Source: Dehalococcoidia bacterium (lineage in GTDB: Bacteria > Chloroflexota > Dehalococcoidia > Dehalococcoidales > RBG-16-60-22). From it: a stretch of 36,910 bases of DNA. The stretch lies in contig JAUWYU010000001.1 in NCBI GenBank assembly GCA_030615655.1, forward strand, positions 1 to 36,910. The letters are read 5' to 3'. Both the position numbers and the translations under genes were made by a program. Below are positions 33,315 through 36,910 of this stretch, piece after piece. Every line of letters starts with the position of its first letter. The first letter of the stretch is position 1. Under the pieces are notes generated by a model, which made no database searches, was not told the DNA's origin, and saw nothing but the letters and a program-made list of their open reading frames with translations.

Positions 33315-35024
33315 TCAGCTAATGGAAAAGACGCTACGCATCACCTCACTCACCGATGTAATGCCTTCTTTTACCTTCAGCATCCCGTCCTGTTTCATGG
33401 TTATCATCCCCTCGGCGATGGCCTGTGCTCTGATCTCACCTGCGCCGGCATGACTGCGGAGCATCTTCCTGATTTCCTCACCCATGACTAATAATTCGAA
33501 AATTCCGGTTCGGCCCCGATATCCGGTATGGGTACAGAGATTGCAGCCTGTCCCGTGATAGAATGTAGTGCCTTTCTCCTCCAGTTCCTTGTGAAGAGCC
33601 TCGACCTCTTCCGGAGGTGGTTGGTAGGGAGTGCGGCAGTTAGGGCAGATGCGGCGGACCATGCGCTGGGCAGCGACGCCGATAAGTGTTGATGAGATTG
33701 AGGCCGATTCCACATCCAGGTCCATAAGCCGGAAAAGCACCCCGACGGCGTCATTGGCGTGAATTGAGGAGAGTACCAGGTGACCGGTCAGGGCAGCTTG
33801 AATGGCGGTTGTCACCGTATCCGTATCCCGTATCTCGCCGACCAGTATGACGTCGGGGTCATGCCGCATGATGGCCCGAAGCCCGCTGGCGAAGGTAATC
33901 CCCGCCTTGGTATTAACCTGAGTCTGGTTAATGTCCATGAAGCTGTATTCGATGGGGTCTTCAATGGTCATGATGTTACGCTCGTTTCGGTCCAGCTCAT
34001 TTATGGATGCGTAAAGGGTGGTCGTTTTGCCGGAACCGGTAGGGCCGCTCGCCAGTATCATGCCGAGTGGGCTCTTCAGCATCGCCCGGTACTTTTTAAG
34101 AGCGTTAGGTTGAAAACCGAGCTCGGTTAAGGTAAAGAGGGCCAAAGATTTGTCCAGAATCCGCAACGTTACCCTCTCCCCGCAGGGTGTTTCCATAGTG
34201 GCGGCGCGAATATCAACTTCATTCCCGCCCAGTTTGATGGAAAATTGTCCGTCCTGAGGGCGTCTCTGCTCGGAGATGTCCATCTCGGCCAGGATTTTTA
34301 CGCGTGATACCAGCAGCGTGTGAACACTGAGCGGAAAGGAAAACATATCGTGCAGGATACCATCAATCCGGTATCGAATCCTGAGCCTGTCCTCCTGTGG
34401 TTCAATATGGACATCCGAGGCCCTGTCCTTGACGGCCTGGGTAATGAGCAGGTCAAGCGTTTCCGCAATCGGTGTCCTGGCCGTAAGTGTTGAAGTATCG
34501 TCTGTTTTATCCTCGGAAACGGGTGTCAACCGGCTTACCTGTTTCTCGATTGCACCGCTTGACCTGTAGTTAAGGTCAATGGCTCGCTCGATATCAGAGC
34601 GGACGCCGAGTGCTATCTCCACCCTCATCTTGGCCTGAGCCTTAACATCCTCAATGGTGCGGATGTCCTCCGGGTCAGCCATAACTACCATTAGAGAGTC
34701 ATTGACGATATCAAGAGGTATAAGGACGTGTTTCCGGGCCATGTCTTCAGGGATAAGCCGGAGGGCGTGAGGTTGCACGGTATGTCTCTTCAGGTCTATT
34801 AGGGGCAGGTTCAGCTTGATACTGAGCACAATGGCTAGTTGCTCGGCTTTAACTAGGCCTTGTTTTGTCAGAATATCGCTCAGCTTCCCTCCCTGCTGCC
34901 GCTGTAGCTCCAGGGCGCTCTCCAGTTGCTCCGGGGTGATGAGGTTCTCTTCAACCAGCATCTCACCCAGACTCTTTTTGGCTGCCCTATCCGTAGCTTG
35001 GGGGCTGGTATTATCGCTATCCAC
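33315..35024 (-). CDS. pilB: Type IV pilus assembly ATPase PilB (GspE family)
   Basis: This 569-aa protein has an N-terminal T2SSE_N-like domain, Walker A GPTGSGKTT, the His box TGHLVLSSIHAND and the tetracysteine motif CPNC...CNLC. Confidence 0.92.
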   Translation of the reverse strand: MDSDNTSPQATDRAAKKSLGEMLVEENLITPEQLESALELQRQQGGKLSDILTKQGLVKAEQLAIVLSIKLNLPLIDLKRHTVQPHALRLIPEDMARKHVLIPLDIVNDSLMVVMADPEDIRTIEDVKAQAKMRVEIALGVRSDIERAIDLNYRSSGAIEKQVSRLTPVSEDKTDDTSTLTARTPIAETLDLLITQAVKDRASDVHIEPQEDRLRIRYRIDGILHDMFSFPLSVHTLLVSRVKILAEMDISEQRRPQDGQFSIKLGGNEVDIRAATMETPCGERVTLRILDKSLALFTLTELGFQPNALKKYRAMLKSPLGMILASGPTGSGKTTTLYASINELDRNERNIMTIEDPIEYSFMDINQTQVNTKAGITFASGLRAIMRHDPDVILVGEIRDTDTVTTAIQAALTGHLVLSSIHANDAVGVLFRLMDLDVESASISSTLIGVAAQRMVRRICPNCRTPYQPPPEEVEALHKELEEKGTTFYHGTGCNLCTHTGYRGRTGIFELLVMGEEIRKMLRSHAGAGEIRAQAIAEGMITMKQDGMLKVKEGITSVSEVMRSVFSIS

Positions 35025-35424
35025 TCACTTTCTCCTGGGTTGGTGTGTCACGTTTCTTTTTAGCCAGCAGTTTTTCTACCCGACTCACTATTTCCGCCGG
35101 GGCGGTGGGTTTAGATAGATAGTCATCGGCGCCTACTTTCAGCCCGGTCTCCTTGTCTATTTCCTGAACTTTAGCTGAGAACATCAGAATGGGCAGTTGC
35201 GCCGTATCAGGTTCCGACCGTAGTCGGTGGCAAATCTCGAACCCATCCATGCCCGGCAGCATGACATCCAGAATGATGAGGTCAGGAGCTTCATTATGTG
35301 CTTTCCGTATCCCTTCCAGGCCGTTTGATGCCGTGAGTACCTGGTAACCCTCATGCCTGAGGGAATAATCAACCAGCCTTGAAGTAGACGGGTCATCTTC
35401 AATGACCAGAATTTTCTTTTCCAT
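35017..35424 (-). CDS. Stand-alone CheY-like receiver, translationally coupled to pilB
   Basis: It has VIEDD, LIILDVMLPGMDG and SKP motifs. The start is set at ATG 35424, which has an AAGGAGG RBS 7 nt upstream. The listed 165-aa ORF starts further upstream inside the kinase gene. The stop overlaps the pilB start by 8 nt. Confidence 0.85.
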   Translation of the reverse strand: MEKKILVIEDDPSTSRLVDYSLRHEGYQVLTASNGLEGIRKAHNEAPDLIILDVMLPGMDGFEICHRLRSEPDTAQLPILMFSAKVQEIDKETGLKVGADDYLSKPTAPAEIVSRVEKLLAKKKRDTPTQEKVSG

Positions 35425-36910
35425 GACCATCTCCTCCTTTTCCATTAAGAGGCAGGGTAAAGCTGAAGGTACTGCCTTCACCGATTTTACTCTCTGCCCA
35501 GATATGCCCACCATGTGCCTCTACAATCTGCTTGGAAATGTAGAGTCCCAGGCCGGTACCGCCTCTAGCTAGCTTGCCCTCGGCCCGGTAGAACCTTTCA
35601 AAGAGGTGCTGCATAGCTTCTTCAGGGATGCCAATACCCTCGTCGGTGACCTGGAATAACAGCTCTCCTTTACGTCTCTTTGCCTTTACCGTGACACTGC
35701 TGCCGGGGTCGCTGAATTTGATGGCATTACTGAGCAGATTGATGACTACTTGCCTCAGCCGTTCATCATCTACCTCCATCTCGGGTAGCTGCGACGGTAT
35801 ATCTTCGCTGAGTGCAATATCCTTATCACGGGCCAAACTATGGAAGCTCTTTATGGAATCAACAATGGTATCCCTTATCGGTAGGAGCCTCCTGTTTATC
35901 TCAAATCGGCCGGATTCAAGCCTTGATATATCCAGCAGACTGTTAATAAGATTGCCGAGGTGCTGGCTCTCCCTGTCGATAATCTGCAGGAATTCTTGCT
36001 GGGTCTCGGCATCAGGCACCTTTCCGTTTAGAATCAGTTTCGTGAAGCCGCTGATTGACTGGAGGGGCGTGCGCAGCTCGTGTGAGACGTTGGAGAGGAA
36101 TTCGGATTTCATCTGGTCGATTTGCCGCAGCTTTTTCTCGGCCTCCTTGCGTTCCGTGATATCTCTTATTATGGCTGTGGTGATGTAGATTTCCTCAGCC
36201 TTTCTTGCTGACACGGAAAGTTCTATCGGGATCTCGGCCCCGTCCTTCCTCAGACCGACAACCTCCGCTATCCGGTTCCTATCTTGACCTGAGCCGATTT
36301 TACTGAAATCTGCAAATGCTCTTGTCATTCTTTTTATAGCTCTCTCAGGGACAATCTTCATAGCACTTTGTCCCAGCATCTCCTTTTCCTTATAGCCGAA
36401 TATTCTTTCGGCTCCCTGGTTCCATATAATTACCCTCATCTGATGGTCGATGGATACAATGCCATCAATGGAGGTGCTGATAAGCTCGCGGTATTTCTCC
36501 TCGCTCCGTTTCAGTGCCTCTTCCGCCAGCTTGCGCTGGGTTATGGCTGAAGCCAGTGCCACCCATCCGTAGCATTTACCACTGCTCTCTATCGCCTGCA
36601 AGCTCACATCGACCCACACCTCTCCGTACCTGGTTCGGTGCAGCTGTTCCTCCTGATAGTAACCGTCGGTTTCAAGCGACTTGAACCGCTCCTTATTTTC
36701 GCCGGGATGGGTCTCCACTATCTCAATAACATCGAGCAGCTTCTTATCGATAGCCTCGGACGCTTTGATACCATAAATCTGCTCGCTTATCTCGTTCCAG
36801 TGTGTTATTACGTAGTCCATGTCCATCGCGATGACGCTTTCGTGGATGGACTTGAAGGCGGCGTCCGAGAAGCGCAGGACTTCCTCGGCACGCTTTCGCT
36901 CGGTGATGTC
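35399..36910 (-). CDS. Multi-PAS sensor histidine kinase, N-terminus outside the window
   Basis: The H-box is VSHELRTPLQSISGFT, the N-box NLLSNAIKFS and the G-boxes DEGIGIP and GTGLGLYI. The reading frame stays open beyond the listed ATG 36826 to the window edge. It reads DITERKRAEEVLRFSDAAFKSIHESVIAMDMD..., that is, another PAS linker and PAS start. Confidence 0.88.
   Translation of the reverse strand, partial: DITERKRAEEVLRFSDAAFKSIHESVIAMDMDYVITHWNEISEQIYGIKASEAIDKKLLDVIEIVETHPGENKERFKSLETDGYYQEEQLHRTRYGEVWVDVSLQAIESSGKCYGWVALASAITQRKLAEEALKRSEEKYRELISTSIDGIVSIDHQMRVIIWNQGAERIFGYKEKEMLGQSAMKIVPERAIKRMTRAFADFSKIGSGQDRNRIAEVVGLRKDGAEIPIELSVSARKAEEIYITTAIIRDITERKEAEKKLRQIDQMKSEFLSNVSHELRTPLQSISGFTKLILNGKVPDAETQQEFLQIIDRESQHLGNLINSLLDISRLESGRFEINRRLLPIRDTIVDSIKSFHSLARDKDIALSEDIPSQLPEMEVDDERLRQVVINLLSNAIKFSDPGSSVTVKAKRRKGELLFQVTDEGIGIPEEAMQHLFERFYRAEGKLARGGTGLGLYISKQIVEAHGGHIWAESKIGEGSTFSFTLPLNGKGGDGHGKENSGH

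Noticed and set aside
35425-35514. Longer 165-aa form of the receiver upstream of pilB
   Set aside because: The extra 30 residues lie within the 3' end of the kinase gene in another frame. ATG 35424 has a perfect AAGGAGG RBS and yields a standard ~135-aa receiver.

Overview
This 36.9 kb window looks like ordinary bacterial chromosome, about 50% GC, with no transposase, integrase, CRISPR array, rRNA or tRNA. The gene content loosely suggests a Chloroflexota/Dehalococcoidia-like monoderm: archaeal-type GlmU paralogues, corrinoid salvage, secretin-less type IV pilus genes and many PAS histidine kinases. That placement is inference only. In order, the window holds: (1) a plus-strand UDP-GlcNAc operon, glmM (5' partial), two tandem archaeal-type GlmU-like genes and glmS. 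(2) A minus-strand six-gene membrane-associated operon of unknown function: two membrane proteins, a large DUF4129 protein, DUF4350, a MoxR AAA+ ATPase and a polytopic DUF58. (3) An unusual 662-aa protein with an XRE-type HTH, a TM segment, a surface-protein-like ectodomain, a (PEPVE)n stalk and a C-terminal TM anchor. It has a near-consensus promoter and an adjacent palindrome. (4) smpB followed directly by tmRNA (ssrA) and a terminator. (5) A GYD protein. (6) A corrinoid uptake and nucleotide-loop assembly block (btuF/C/D-like, cobT, cobS, cobQ, cobU) behind a cobalamin riboswitch. (7) A stand-alone receiver with an 82-aa orphan ORF, and a soluble MEDS-GAF-PAS histidine kinase with an OmpR regulator. 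(8) A tightly packed ~10 kb block with a PAS histidine kinase (3' partial view), a CheY-like receiver, pilB, pilC, two prepilins, an atypical pilin-like protein, an unlisted 39-codon ORF, pilO, a pilM-pilN fusion and pilT. The best candidates for undescribed biology are the MoxR/DUF58/DUF4350/DUF4129 operon with its unusual domain expansions, and the neighbouring membrane-tethered HTH surface protein. All family calls come from reading motifs by eye and need HMM or structure confirmation.
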